Below are positions 10,178 through 20,336 of a DNA stretch of 64,000 nt, piece after piece. The DNA is from a virus. Taxonomy: Duplodnaviria > Heunggongvirae > Uroviricota > Caudoviricetes. The notes under the pieces are model-generated. The model made no database searches. It saw only the letters and a list, made by a program, of their open reading frames with translations, and had not been told where the DNA came from. The stretch covers positions 1-64,000 of the IMG/VR virus record IMGVR_UViG_2563366977_000001; one strand, written 5' to 3'. Numbering within the stretch: position 1 is the stretch's first letter; the number at the start of each line of letters is the position of its first letter. The translations under genes and the position numbers were made by a program.

Positions 10178-11062
10178 ATGGTAGATGACAAAAAAGGCTT
10201 TCTGAACGTTGAGGAAATATCAGGGAATACCGGAGAAATCCACAGCTTAAAGCCTAACAATAATAGTACTATTCAGCCGATAGCTTTGTTGCGGCTTGGG
10301 GTGTTTGTTCCCACATTGAAATCTACCAGTGTTGCTTTACGTCGCAAGAACGCCGGTTTAACTAACTCAACTGATGCGACAGAAGAACTGTCCAGCCTGA
10401 AGATTGTAGAGCAGGAAGGGTATCAGGGTATTGAGATTCATGGGCCACGCCTGGATATGGATACTGATTTTAAGGTGTGGATAGGCATTACATCTGCATT
10501 GTTTGACTATAAACCAGACAATGATGGTGTGATCACCCTGACATTCTCTGAATTTGTGGATCGTTGCGGTTATCCAAGGAAGCGGCTGTCCAAGGCTTTT
10601 CGCAAGAGCATTGGCGACTCTCTAACGCGTATTCAGCAGACGTTGCTGAAGTTCAACTTGCCCACCAGCAAAGAACATGTTCGTTATATCCAGATGAATT
10701 TATTGGCATTTAGTGAACTTGATACTGAAAATGACATTATAAGAATCCAACCGCAGAAGCAGTTGTCTGAGTTGTACTACGTTGACTATAAGCGAATATT
10801 GAAGCTCAAAATGCTCGATAAACTTGGCAGGAAAGAGACAGCCAAGGTGCTTTATACGTTTTTCGAAGCGTTACCTTCAAACCCTGCGCCAGTGAGTATT
10901 GAGCGCCTTCGCGCCAGATTGAACCTCAAGTCCTCGGTTAGCGTTCAGAACAGTGTGATTCGTAAAGCCATGAAAGACTTAGAAGCTGTTGAATATCTTA
11001 AATTTTCAGAGATAAAGAATGGTCGGAAAATAGGTTTCCAGATCCATAAACGAAATCCATAA
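10178..11062 (+). CDS. repA: plasmid replication initiator RepA (P1 RepA family)
   Basis: 294-aa ORF flanked on both sides by iterons. Protein resembles P1-type RepA as I recall it (e.g. PIALLRLGVFVP, GPRLDMDTDFK motifs). Confidence 0.8.
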   Translation: MVDDKKGFLNVEEISGNTGEIHSLKPNNNSTIQPIALLRLGVFVPTLKSTSVALRRKNAGLTNSTDATEELSSLKIVEQEGYQGIEIHGPRLDMDTDFKVWIGITSALFDYKPDNDGVITLTFSEFVDRCGYPRKRLSKAFRKSIGDSLTRIQQTLLKFNLPTSKEHVRYIQMNLLAFSELDTENDIIRIQPQKQLSELYYVDYKRILKLKMLDKLGRKETAKVLYTFFEALPSNPAPVSIERLRARLNLKSSVSVQNSVIRKAMKDLEAVEYLKFSEIKNGRKIGFQIHKRNP

Positions 11063-11064
11063 CA

Positions 11065-11288
11065 TTGACTGTGTGCGATTCTAAGCGTTGACTATACGCG
11101 ACAAACATTGACGCTGGCGGATTTAGTTATTAGCTTTTTCACATGATCAATGGATAAACCAGCTATTTCATTGAGTATTTGTCGCTTATAGTCAATCTTT
11201 TCTCATTTCTTGTCGCGTGTAGTCAATGTTTTGTGATCGGGATCGAGTACAGTCAACATTAGTTGTAAGCCATTTCGCCTATAGTCAA
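11065..11288. repeat. incA-like iteron array downstream of repA, direct and inverted copies
   Basis: ttgactgtgtgcgat and ttgactatacgcgac followed by inverted copies (tcgcttatagtcaa, tcgcgtgtagtcaa, gtacagtcaa, cgcctatagtcaa). Confidence 0.7.
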
Positions 11289-11312
11289 CATTTCTCCATC
11301 AGCAGTCTTAAG

Positions 11313-11490
11313 GGCAATTTCTACACCTCTCTGTAGGTGTAGGATTTGCCCTTAAAGATGAGAGATTGAGGGCAATTCTTACACCATTAGTGAGTTGGTT
11401 GGATCTTTAACGGCTAACATTATTAGTAATTTATTGATTAATAAGGAATGTGTAAAAAATGCCATCACTGGTGTAAATAGCTGGTGTAAA
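11313..11490. repeat. GGGCAATT-t/c-TTACACC motif family including a 19-bp-stem hairpin
   Basis: aagggcaatttctacacct ... aggtgtaggatttgccctt inverted repeat, plus two further copies of the motif; function unknown. Confidence 0.4.
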
Positions 11491-11543
11491 AATTGCCCTC
11501 AAGTTTGTCCTTTCCTCTCCTTCTCGCACTTTAATATTGCATT

Positions 11544-12251
11544 TCAAAACTTGATCACGTTGCTGGCGGCGCTTTTAAGTGCGCTTGTTGCTAAACCAGC
11601 AGCTCCATTGACTAATGCGGACAGGCCGGAACCAGCAGATGTGTATCGCTGGAACGTGATCGGATAGGACAAGAATTCGGACACCTGATCACGTGAGCGG
11701 CTGATCTCTCCTATCTGAGTCGGAAATACACGCATTTCCTCTTCCAGCTCTTTCCCGCCTTCCTGTGTAACGCGGTATAGCCTGATATTCATGAGATAAT
11801 CTGGCGGCAGGTTTAGCGTACCATCGCTATTGGTTACACGGGCGCGGCGCTCCTTGAACCAATTCATTATTTTGCCGTCTTCTGTGTCTCTGACCGTCAT
11901 TGTTACCGGTCCGGCGGTTACGTGCGTTGGCTTATTGAACTCGACGCTACCAATGATTTTGCTTTCTGTTTCAATATTCCCGCTACTGTAAGTGATGTCC
12001 TTAACGAACATATCAAAGCCGTTTAATCCGTCTACGTCTACCGTCCACTGCCAGCCCTGGGCATAGCGGATACGCATAGCCGTAGCAACTACGTTCTTTC
12101 CGTAAGCGATGTCATTGCCGTAGCTCCCGCTAACGCCACTGCCAGACAACGCTCTATCCAGAATGTCGCTGATAAGGTTGCTGGTGAACGATTTCGCGCT
12201 AAACGATACCGCACTGGCTAGCGTTTGCGTTGTAGCACTAAAAATACTCAC
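11544..12251 (-). CDS. phage structural protein
   Basis: Track ORF 11544..12281. A GTG start near 12251 is preceded by GGAGG and avoids overlap with the upstream gene. Confidence 0.35.
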   Translation of the reverse strand: MSIFSATTQTLASAVSFSAKSFTSNLISDILDRALSGSGVSGSYGNDIAYGKNVVATAMRIRYAQGWQWTVDVDGLNGFDMFVKDITYSSGNIETESKIIGSVEFNKPTHVTAGPVTMTVRDTEDGKIMNWFKERRARVTNSDGTLNLPPDYLMNIRLYRVTQEGGKELEEEMRVFPTQIGEISRSRDQVSEFLSYPITFQRYTSAGSGLSALVNGAAGLATSALKSAASNVIKF

Positions 12252-12264
12252 GTAGCCCTCCGTG

Positions 12265-12816
12265 TTAAAAAATGGTAGCACCAGGGATAATGGCCCGGTT
12301 GGCTGCCATTTTTTCTTCTATCTCCTGAACACGCGCGTAGAGCGTCGCCTCATCAGGAAGATCGGAGTAATCAAACTTGCCATCAATCGACGCCCTTCGC
12401 TGCCGGGCAACGTTGCGGACATTGATAAGTGCTTCAAGATATTCCTCAAGCATTCCGATAATAGCAGGTGGCACTTGCCACTCATCCAGGTTGCGATCGC
12501 GGAGATTTACAAGGTATTGCATCTTGAAAGGCCAGCGTTCAGAACCGGTAAGCTCAAGTTCGACAAAACCGGCAATCTCGTCGGCGTAAACCAGAAGCCC
12601 GTTGTGGTCAGTGACGTGGACCAGAGACAGATAATCATCCGGAACAGGGATCGCCGTGCCGTCTGCTTTCTCCAGCTTTAACGCCTTAACTACTCCCGCT
12701 CTGTCCTGGTAAGTAGTCAACGCTTTGAGCAGGAATGCTTTCAGTGTCTCTTCCTCCCGTACAAGAAGAGGATTGAATCGCGCTTTAACGCTTTCTAATA
12801 GTTCAGAAGGTGTCAT
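12265..12816 (-). CDS. phage structural/assembly protein
   Basis: Track ORF, 183 aa, in the virion gene cluster. Confidence 0.3.
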   Translation of the reverse strand: MTPSELLESVKARFNPLLVREEETLKAFLLKALTTYQDRAGVVKALKLEKADGTAIPVPDDYLSLVHVTDHNGLLVYADEIAGFVELELTGSERWPFKMQYLVNLRDRNLDEWQVPPAIIGMLEEYLEALINVRNVARQRRASIDGKFDYSDLPDEATLYARVQEIEEKMAANRAIIPGATIF

Positions 12817-12867
12817 AAATACTCCGGACGGAGGGGGATAATCCCGCTCTTTTGAGCGGGATCGGTA

Positions 12868-13359
12868 TTACTCAACCCAGTTGTACACAATACGCAGGGT
12901 CGGTCTGACAACCGCCGTTACATCTTCTGACGAGAAATCAACGGCATCGGAATACACTTTGCAGTGTGAGTAAGTGCGTGACAGACCTTTGCTGTCACCG
13001 CTGTTAGATTCAGCGGCAGCCTGGAAAGAGATATCCAGATATTTCTTCTCATAAACCATCTCTTTGACGGCAGCGAGTACAACACCTTCAATCGTCTCCG
13101 CACAGGTAACCTGAAATTCACCTGAGTTACGCAGTGGGCCGTGTTGGTTGAACTTCATACCGCCTGGAGCGTAATCTTCTACGTCTTCACGCGTCATTTC
13201 CGGTAACTGCGCGGTGCGGATCAGCACTGACAGATTTTCGTATCCCTTAATGGTCATCCAATATTCAGTGCCAATTAATTTTTCGCCTGCTGCCAGGTTC
13301 TTGTTGAATCTGGCTTTCAGGAAGGCGAGATCGGCTTTTGTGTTTGAAAAACCGGCCAT
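12868..13359 (-). CDS. putative tail tube protein
   Basis: Track ORF, 163 aa; size and position near the sheath gene. Confidence 0.3.
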   Translation of the reverse strand: MAGFSNTKADLAFLKARFNKNLAAGEKLIGTEYWMTIKGYENLSVLIRTAQLPEMTREDVEDYAPGGMKFNQHGPLRNSGEFQVTCAETIEGVVLAAVKEMVYEKKYLDISFQAAAESNSGDSKGLSRTYSHCKVYSDAVDFSSEDVTAVVRPTLRIVYNWVE

Positions 13360-13367
13360 AATTACTC

Positions 13368-13985
13368 CTAAACAAAAACAGATGAGATATTGCTGCGGTT
13401 AATAGATGTGTTACCACTGCATTGCAGAGTGACCGTGTTGTGGGTGAAATAGCCTTCCGATGTGCGCGGGGCGTCAAGCTGATAGCTGACGCTTTTGATC
13501 ACAACGTTCGTTAACATCACGTTCCTGCCGATATTTATCGTTACGGCCTCCGGGACTCGACCAAAAGGCGTAATGTCGTTTAGTTCTGGAGATGCCATTT
13601 TCAGCAACGTCGTGATGGCGTCATTCACCTCAATTTTTGCGCTGGATGTAGCTAAAAAATCCAGGACAAGGGTAAATTCCGGCGGTTGTTGCCCTTCCCA
13701 CACGAGGGTGGAGTTGAACCGGCTTTTACTCGTGTACCCTGATGATGTCTGCACGATGCCTGCAAGAGATGATGCCGCCTCGCTAATAGCGCCTAACATG
13801 CTGCCCATCGCTTTATCTTCAAATGGCGACTGCCACAGAGACGATAGTTCGGCAGAGGAACCTTCGCCGATATATCCGACTACCATATCCTCGCTTGACT
13901 TGATGTAGGCTTTCATTAGCGGGCTTATGCCGTCTGCCATGATCGCGCCGCAAATCACTGCTATTTCTCCCAAACAGGCCACCAT
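13368..13985 (-). CDS. phage structural protein
   Basis: Track ORF, 205 aa. Confidence 0.3.
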   Translation of the reverse strand: MVACLGEIAVICGAIMADGISPLMKAYIKSSEDMVVGYIGEGSSAELSSLWQSPFEDKAMGSMLGAISEAASSLAGIVQTSSGYTSKSRFNSTLVWEGQQPPEFTLVLDFLATSSAKIEVNDAITTLLKMASPELNDITPFGRVPEAVTINIGRNVMLTNVVIKSVSYQLDAPRTSEGYFTHNTVTLQCSGNTSINRSNISSVFV

Positions 13986-14003
13986 TACAGGTGGCTTACA
14001 TAA

Positions 14004-14750
14004 TTACAGGCCGCGTTTTTTGCGAATGCGGATAGACTTCCGGCGGCGAGTGTTAGCTATCGACGTATGCGCCTTAAGGCGCGCTTTTTTCAGCGCCTGC
14101 TTTTGTAAGGACGTCATGCGACGCGGGCGCGGGCGTTTGCGGATGATAGTAACCTTGCCATCACGGACGACTTTTTTGCTTACAGCTTCGAGCATTGCTG
14201 TATTGCCACCAGCAACGGTGTAAATTGCAATGGCTTCTTCCATCATTTCGCTATCGCTTTCTGACAGTGCGTCAAATACGCGTTCTGCTGCCGCGTCATC
14301 TTCGTCATCGATCATCTCGGTGACGTCGTCCTGATCAGCGCCCAGGGCCACAGCCGCGTTAGCCAACGCCGCGAGTGCGTCGTTATATGCGTCAACCTGT
14401 TCGTCGGTCAGTTCTGTGTCTTCGTCAATGTCGGCCAGGCCAGCCATTGTGATTGCCAGCGCATCAAATGAATCCGCTTCAGGGTCGCCATCTTCTACCC
14501 AGCTCGCCAGCATTGAAGCTGCCAGACTGCGGATGTCACTTTGTGCACGGGATTCCACCGCTTCCATCATTGCGGCTTCGATATCCGCGCCATCGGTTCC
14601 ATTCTTGGCACTTTCCAGGATGGCGTTATCGCCACTTTCAAAACAACCAGAATCTTTGGCGCTTTCCAGTATGGCTGTATCTGCGTTATCGGCTGTTTTG
14701 CCTGCAAATAGCGCGCGCATGAATGGATCAACAACAGAATAGTTTTTCAT
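14004..14750 (-). CDS. acidic protein with a basic C-terminal tail (scaffold or internal virion protein candidate)
   Basis: 248 aa, D/E/A-rich with a C-terminal RKRPRPRR...RRRKSIRIRKKR tail. Confidence 0.3.
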   Translation of the reverse strand: MKNYSVVDPFMRALFAGKTADNADTAILESAKDSGCFESGDNAILESAKNGTDGADIEAAMMEAVESRAQSDIRSLAASMLASWVEDGDPEADSFDALAITMAGLADIDEDTELTDEQVDAYNDALAALANAAVALGADQDDVTEMIDDEDDAAAERVFDALSESDSEMMEEAIAIYTVAGGNTAMLEAVSKKVVRDGKVTIIRKRPRPRRMTSLQKQALKKARLKAHTSIANTRRRKSIRIRKKRGL

Positions 14751-14793
14751 TAGGAAACCTCATTCATCCCCACGTTTCAGCGGGGAAGATAAA

Positions 14794-16449
14794 TCAACGC
14801 ATCAGGATTGGTTTGCCGAGGATTCGACGAGCAGTGCCTGTTGGGCACACGGACCATTCCACTTCCCACAAGTCGATGTCTTTTTGAGTTACCTTGACCA
14901 CATAAGGGTCAGAACCTTGAGATTCATCGCGTGGTGTAACCAGCGCACCAGCCGCATAAAAACGGTCCAGAAGATCTGTCAGTGCGTTAGTCAGACTTTC
15001 CTGCGTTACGCCATCAGGTTCATGCTTGATTGCCTGAGCAACTTCATAGAAATTGCGGGCAATTGCATTCATCAGTGATGAAACGTGCTGGAATCGCAGA
15101 TAGTTATTTTTGCTGTATGTCGTCAGGGAGTCGTCGATGTAGACAGAACCATCCGCTGCAACGCTTACAGGGTTAATACGAGCGGTCACATACGCTTCAC
15201 GATCGATTGTGCCAATCCCGGAGAGTCTGGTGATGTTCTGGCGATCAATGATTGCGCGAGACAGACCAGCCGGGGCGTAATGCCAGCCGCCTACATCAGA
15301 CACAAGCGCAACGCCTTTCGCTTTTGCCACGAACGCATCACAACTGATTCCGTAAACCACATTCATACCGCTGAAAGTGTCACGGCATGAGTACGGGAAG
15401 TGATAACGTGCAGCCTGGTGGGATTTGCCGAAACCATGTGATTTAGCTTCCGCGATAGCGTTATCACCAGTCTGAGCACATTTCAGGTCGTAGAACATAT
15501 CCACGCGAACGTCTTCTGCCAGCGAATTAATTTTTGCCAGCACGGATGCGTCGTAGCAGCCCATAGAAAGCAGTGCGGTATAATTAACTTCTGATGCTTC
15601 GAGAACCTCTAACGCTTTCAGATAATCATCAGTGTCAATTGAGGACAGATCGCCATCTGTACCGCCTTCAAACGCTACATCTTCGAAAGTCAGCAAGTGA
15701 GCGGAGTCTTCGGCACCATCAGCCAGTACAGCTCCAAGCCTGGTGGACTGACTTTCTAACAACGCAGGAATCCATGCTGGCTGGCCCATATCGTTCGTTG
15801 CATCCGGATCGAAAGAAACCTGGTAGCTTTCCAAAGTTTCTACAGAACCATCGGTCTGTGTCTCTTTCAGTTCCAGAGTGAACAGGTCATTTTCTTCATC
15901 CTCACGGATCAGTGATAACGTGCGGTTGGTCGAAGCATCACCGTCCTTAATGTAAAAAATAGCCAGTTCATCCCCGGAAATTTCAGGTGTTTCGCTTGCA
16001 GCGAAAGTTACCGGAGAAGTGGCACCAGAAACGGCACGAACGGTCAGTGTATCGCCGATGTTTACCGTTGCTTCGGTCGGAGCAATTTGCAGAGTTTTTG
16101 CAGACTTAGTGCTTTTCGACCTGGCCTGAACAGAAACGGCAATGCCCGGTACTTTCATGTCTTTTGCGCATACGCGAACCACATAACCGGTGCCGCCTTT
16201 TACTGCGCGTTCAACGTGGCGATATGGTTCAAATGCGGCCCCAGTGCGCGGGTGAAGAGGTGAACCTAACACGCTCTGATAGTTGGCTGCTGTAACCTGC
16301 AAAACCTTGCCTGGTGCCCCTCTGCGGGAAATAACCAACCCGGCAAAGACGGAAGCACCGCCAGATGTGTTGGACAGACTAGCATCGGCATTTACGTCCG
16401 CTACCGCAACGCCCGCCGCCTGACCAACAGAAAAACCAATTTTATTCAT
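14794..16449 (-). CDS. contractile tail sheath protein (putative)
   Basis: 551 aa; size and position in the virion cluster next to the putative tube gene. Confidence 0.4.
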   Translation of the reverse strand: MNKIGFSVGQAAGVAVADVNADASLSNTSGGASVFAGLVISRRGAPGKVLQVTAANYQSVLGSPLHPRTGAAFEPYRHVERAVKGGTGYVVRVCAKDMKVPGIAVSVQARSKSTKSAKTLQIAPTEATVNIGDTLTVRAVSGATSPVTFAASETPEISGDELAIFYIKDGDASTNRTLSLIREDEENDLFTLELKETQTDGSVETLESYQVSFDPDATNDMGQPAWIPALLESQSTRLGAVLADGAEDSAHLLTFEDVAFEGGTDGDLSSIDTDDYLKALEVLEASEVNYTALLSMGCYDASVLAKINSLAEDVRVDMFYDLKCAQTGDNAIAEAKSHGFGKSHQAARYHFPYSCRDTFSGMNVVYGISCDAFVAKAKGVALVSDVGGWHYAPAGLSRAIIDRQNITRLSGIGTIDREAYVTARINPVSVAADGSVYIDDSLTTYSKNNYLRFQHVSSLMNAIARNFYEVAQAIKHEPDGVTQESLTNALTDLLDRFYAAGALVTPRDESQGSDPYVVKVTQKDIDLWEVEWSVCPTGTARRILGKPILMR

Positions 16450-16514
16450 GCTGCTCTTTTCCTCTTTATCGAGCGGATTAGAGAAGCCTCCCCATTTGCA
16501 TGGGGAGACTTTTA

Positions 16515-16805
16515 TCAGGCTTCGCCGACCGTGAAGCTGTCACCTACCGTCACTTCTTTGGTTGACGGTTCAACGCTGACGGCGCTTACGCTCTTTGGGG
16601 CTTCATTAACCGTTACGGTGCATGTTGCCGTTTTATTGCCATCGGTGGTCTTGATAGTGAGCACAGCCTGACCTGCTTTAAGTGCGGTACAGGTTTTGCC
16701 ATCTACGCTCACAATTTCCGGATGATCTGACTCGATAGTGAAAGATTTATCTGTCGCATCGGAAGGTGTAATAGTTACCTGAATATCAGCCATTTTTTCC
16801 TCCAT
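16515..16805 (-). CDS. small bacterial Ig-like (Big_2-type) domain protein
   Basis: 96 aa with a T/V-rich beta-strand pattern (VTITPSDATDKSFTIESDHPEIVSVDGKTCTALKAGQAVLTIKTTDG). Confidence 0.4.
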   Translation of the reverse strand: MEEKMADIQVTITPSDATDKSFTIESDHPEIVSVDGKTCTALKAGQAVLTIKTTDGNKTATCTVTVNEAPKSVSAVSVEPSTKEVTVGDSFTVGEA

Positions 16806-16934
16806 ATAGCCCCCTATTCAGGGGCTGGTCTTACTTCTTTTTGGGTGTTTTTCGTGTCTTTGAAGTGCTCGCGGCGATAGTTTCACCTTCGTTTACTTCA
16901 ATTGCCGTTGGTGAAACTGACACGTTCGCCACTG

Positions 16935-18632
16935 CTACTTTTTTTCGTTGATTTGCCCGCTCAACATGTCAATCGCACCTTCTTTCGAACGTGTCAGGCG
17001 AAGGCGAGTGAAATAGTTCTCACCGTTGCGCGGATGCACATCGTTGATTGCTGTACCCCAAAGAGTGGTGCGGTTTACCAGGGCTGGATTTGTTTCGTGG
17101 ACATACGGAATAGCAGGCACAGCATCACCAGCGACCAGGCCAGCTTTACCAATGCCTTCGCCACGACCATAGAAGTAGATGTCGTCCAGGCCAAAGTCGT
17201 AGCCATGTTCCTGGAATTGTTTGCAGATAGGCTTCGGCACTTCGTAGATACGAATGGAACCAAACAGGGTGCCGATGTATTGAATGTACGGCGACTGTAC
17301 ATAGCCCGGTGCCAACTGGAAGTGCTGCGGCGGTAAGGAACGCAGGAAGTTAGCAGCATCGCCACCAGCAAAGCCACCACGGATACCGGTGGTCAGGGTG
17401 CGGTCAGCCATATCCTGTGACAGCGCGTTCACAACATGGCGAATTAAACCAACCCACGACTCGTAGTTCTGCGCTTCTGGCAGTGCCACATCAAATTCAC
17501 GACCGTAAACTGTGTGGAATACCAGAGTGCGTAGGCGCATCATATCGATTTCGTGGGAAATCCAGTTGCGCATTGCGGAAAATTGCAATGCTGCCAGTTC
17601 GAGTCCGTGTTCACGGCTCAGGTCAGATGCTGTCATAACCGTATGTTCGGATGCGATCACGTACTGCGACGGGCGCAGGGCGTAATTGCGCATGGACTGG
17701 TTAATGACTGGTATCAGGTTCGGATTGCGTTCAATGTTGATTTCAACCTGAACAGCGATTTCTGTACCCTCTGCTGGTGCTGTACCAAATGTGATATCGA
17801 TAACGCCGGTATCGTATTTAACTTTTGCTGTAACAGAGAAAGAGTTGCCGTTGACGTCTTTGTCGTTGAAATACAGGTTGCCGTCACCATCATCTACTTT
17901 GGACGGTTTGCGGTTAATCAGCAGTTTGTTGTAGCCCTGGCGTAGCGGGCAGGCCTGGCCTTCGAAGTTCTGGATATCAAACTGGAAGGTGGTTTTGCTG
18001 CCATCGCCTTTTTCGGTCAGGATGTACAGGCGTTTCATCTGCGAATACACGCCAGCAGACTGCATGTTCAGTTCATCGCCCTGCTCGAATGTACCGAATT
18101 TTGTACCAGCAACGTTGGTCAGCTCGTAAATATTGGTTTCATCACGATCACAAGGGATAAACGTACATGCGTCGCTGGTGGCTGCACCGAGAGAAGCAGG
18201 CAGGATCAGTGCGGCATATTGTGCAACCTTCATTACACCATCGGAGGTGCGCATGTCCTTGGCTACTGATTCAAACATGGCTTTGCCAGCGCCTTCATGC
18301 GTCTCTTTAGCGGACTCCATCATCAGGCGCTCAAGTGCTACATGGGCGTTGGCTAATACATCGCTTGCCGGATAATGCCCATGCTGGCGTTTGTATTCAT
18401 GAATAGACATGGCCCAGCTACCAATGATCTGGCGAGCTGCTTCTGGTCCAACGCCTTCAAACATTGGCTCTTTCTGGATAGCTTTTTCCAGGTTAGCCAT
18501 CATCACTTCGTTGTCGGTAATCATGTTACCGGCAGCATCAGTGGTTGGATCGACGGTCATAGCCATGACGCTTGCCGCCCGATTCATAATCTCGCGCTCG
18601 CGCTTACGAGCTGGCTCAATGTTCTTGTTCAC
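16935..18632 (-). CDS. major capsid protein (putative)
   Basis: 565 aa, about the size of the P1 major head precursor; sits behind a promoter region carrying repressor-operator-like palindromes. Confidence 0.4.
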   Translation of the reverse strand: MNKNIEPARKREREIMNRAASVMAMTVDPTTDAAGNMITDNEVMMANLEKAIQKEPMFEGVGPEAARQIIGSWAMSIHEYKRQHGHYPASDVLANAHVALERLMMESAKETHEGAGKAMFESVAKDMRTSDGVMKVAQYAALILPASLGAATSDACTFIPCDRDETNIYELTNVAGTKFGTFEQGDELNMQSAGVYSQMKRLYILTEKGDGSKTTFQFDIQNFEGQACPLRQGYNKLLINRKPSKVDDGDGNLYFNDKDVNGNSFSVTAKVKYDTGVIDITFGTAPAEGTEIAVQVEINIERNPNLIPVINQSMRNYALRPSQYVIASEHTVMTASDLSREHGLELAALQFSAMRNWISHEIDMMRLRTLVFHTVYGREFDVALPEAQNYESWVGLIRHVVNALSQDMADRTLTTGIRGGFAGGDAANFLRSLPPQHFQLAPGYVQSPYIQYIGTLFGSIRIYEVPKPICKQFQEHGYDFGLDDIYFYGRGEGIGKAGLVAGDAVPAIPYVHETNPALVNRTTLWGTAINDVHPRNGENYFTRLRLTRSKEGAIDMLSGQINEKK

Positions 18633-18742
18633 GGTTAAACCCTAAATTCGGGCGCGGCGTGAAGATTCTTTTGACGAGGTGACAATACTCACTTTGTTAT
18701 TTAGTCAATAGCATTAGAAAAATAATTTTCGTTAACAATCTT

Positions 18743-18774
18743 GTGTTAGTATGGTTTAATCTTAATTTTCTAAC
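18743..18774. promoter_or_regulatory. operator-like inverted repeat TGTTAG ... CTAACA in a divergent promoter region
   Basis: tgttagtatggtttaatcttaattttctaaca; a second related site cattagaaaataattttcg lies about 30 bp upstream. Confidence 0.5.
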
Positions 18775-18791
18775 ATAAAGCATTAGAACAA

Positions 18792-19184
18792 ATGGCGTAC
18801 AAGATCTTCGTTTCATACAAAAATGGTGCTAAAAGCCATTCTCTGAATACAAGCAGCAGATGCCTTGTAGAAGCTCAACTGTCATCAATCCTTACTGAAA
18901 GAGACATTCTTTCCCTGGCTGAACGGATCGTGATTCTCCATTCAGGAAAGGCTATTCTTAATGTTCCCGCGCTTACCCCGCCTTCTGACGTTTTGGCATC
19001 TGTTAAGTGGCCTCAAATTGGCACGCCTGTAAGAGTGGAAGATCCTGTAACGACCACTCTTTATATGCCGAAGTCAGTAAGGGATTGGCTTGCTGCGGTT
19101 GGTAATGGGAAGGTCAGCGCGGGGCTTAGGAAGCTGGTTGAAATGGCTGATATTCCGGAGCTGAAAAATGCATGGAGACAGTGA
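18792..19184 (+). CDS. hypothetical protein
   Basis: Track ORF, 130 aa, directly downstream of the operator-like sites. Confidence 0.3.
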   Translation: MAYKIFVSYKNGAKSHSLNTSSRCLVEAQLSSILTERDILSLAERIVILHSGKAILNVPALTPPSDVLASVKWPQIGTPVRVEDPVTTTLYMPKSVRDWLAAVGNGKVSAGLRKLVEMADIPELKNAWRQ

Positions 19185-19654
19185 GTAGAGGAAACATGAG
19201 TCACGCGAACCCATCGAAAACACAATATCGTTTAATGCTGGCTATCGCGTCAGCTATACCAACCAGCCTGAATCCACCCGCTGGCTATCCCGCTATTGTT
19301 GATGATTGTTTTCAGTATTACGGTGAAGACATCCTGAGTCAGTCTAAGGCACTCAAACAGTTATGCAAGGCAGGCATTCTTCACTGCATAGGCGATCCAG
19401 ATGATTTTGTAGTCATGCTGGCAGATCGTGACTCTTTTCTGCTGTCCTGGAAAGCCGGGGCGCGCGAAGCGCGTTTGGGTAATGGTATTGGCTACATCGA
19501 CTATAGCGATTGTCCGCTGGCATTTGCTGGTGGATATATGCATTGGCATGAGCGAAATAGAGGCCGTCAGCGCCAGTATCGCTTGAGTGACTTTAACGTC
19601 TGTCACGGTTTCGAAGAAGCTGACAGCCAGGACATCTGGCTTCAGGAGCCTTAA
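19172..19654 (+). CDS. hypothetical protein
   Basis: Track ORF, 160 aa, overlapping the previous ORF end. Confidence 0.3.
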   Translation: METVSRGNMSHANPSKTQYRLMLAIASAIPTSLNPPAGYPAIVDDCFQYYGEDILSQSKALKQLCKAGILHCIGDPDDFVVMLADRDSFLLSWKAGAREARLGNGIGYIDYSDCPLAFAGGYMHWHERNRGRQRQYRLSDFNVCHGFEEADSQDIWLQEP

Positions 19655-19974
19655 CCCCCCTTCCCTTCCCAAATCTCCCTATTCCTTTGGTTATTCAGTG
19701 CGTTTCGTTGGTTGCATTCATCGATAGTGCTGAATAACTGTTCAGCGTATGCCGGATACTTGTTTAACAGCACAGGCGTGTCCTCTGGCACTATGCAAGG
19801 GGTATAATCAATCAGATTTCCCTGCGGTTTGCTGGTGGCTTCTACGGTAATTTGCATTGGCACGCTGATTGATTTCTTTTGCCCGTTCCCGCTGCATCCT
19901 GATAACGTCATCAGGCACACGCACATCATTAACCCCGGCATTGCGTAACGCAGTTTCAAGACGATTGATTTCAT
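19651..19974 (-). CDS. o-spanin (Rz1-like outer-membrane lipoprotein)
   Basis: Signal peptide with lipobox (LMTLSG-C); the gene overlaps the 3' end of the i-spanin gene in another frame. Confidence 0.6.
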   Translation of the reverse strand: MKSIVLKLRYAMPGLMMCVCLMTLSGCSGNGQKKSISVPMQITVEATSKPQGNLIDYTPCIVPEDTPVLLNKYPAYAEQLFSTIDECNQRNALNNQRNREIWEGKGG

Positions 19975-20266
19975 TCTGGCTTTCCTCCCGTTGTTTGATC
20001 AGGCTGGTATTCAGTTCTGCTGTTTTGCGCTGGTACTCCTTCTCCAGTGTTTTAATTCTTTCGTTTTCAGCCATCATGGCAGATCGCGATTTTTCACTTA
20101 ACTGCAATGCGGTAGAAAGCGTGTTGTTCTCGCTTTCAAGTTGTGATTTTGAGTCTTCCAGGGAACGGATATACCTGATGTGATCGATAACTGCCGCCGT
20201 AGTACGGTAAATTCCATAAATGGCTAAAAGCGCAACTACTATCAAAATTATCTTTTTCAAAACCAT
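19808..20266 (-). CDS. i-spanin (Rz-like)
   Basis: N-terminal transmembrane helix (IILIVVALLAIYGIY) followed by a coiled-coil-rich periplasmic domain; overlapped by the lipoprotein gene. Confidence 0.65.
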   Translation of the reverse strand: MVLKKIILIVVALLAIYGIYRTTAAVIDHIRYIRSLEDSKSQLESENNTLSTALQLSEKSRSAMMAENERIKTLEKEYQRKTAELNTSLIKQREESQNEINRLETALRNAGVNDVRVPDDVIRMQRERAKEINQRANANYRRSHQQTAGKSD

Positions 20267-20336
20267 CCTCTTCAGATTTTTTGTTGGTGTGATATGTGTA
20301 CCAATTTGTAACCATTTATGGGCTTAAATGGTGTGT

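Noticed and set aside
9998-11288. Possible CRISPR array suggested by tandem 15-bp repeats
   Set aside because: Repeats are short, spaced at 21 bp, occur in both orientations around repA and have no unique spacers of uniform length; they are plasmid iterons.
11395-11667. Plus-strand track ORF 11395..11667
   Set aside because: Lies within the repeat-rich region and overlaps the convergent structural gene; no ribosome-binding site or recognisable protein features.
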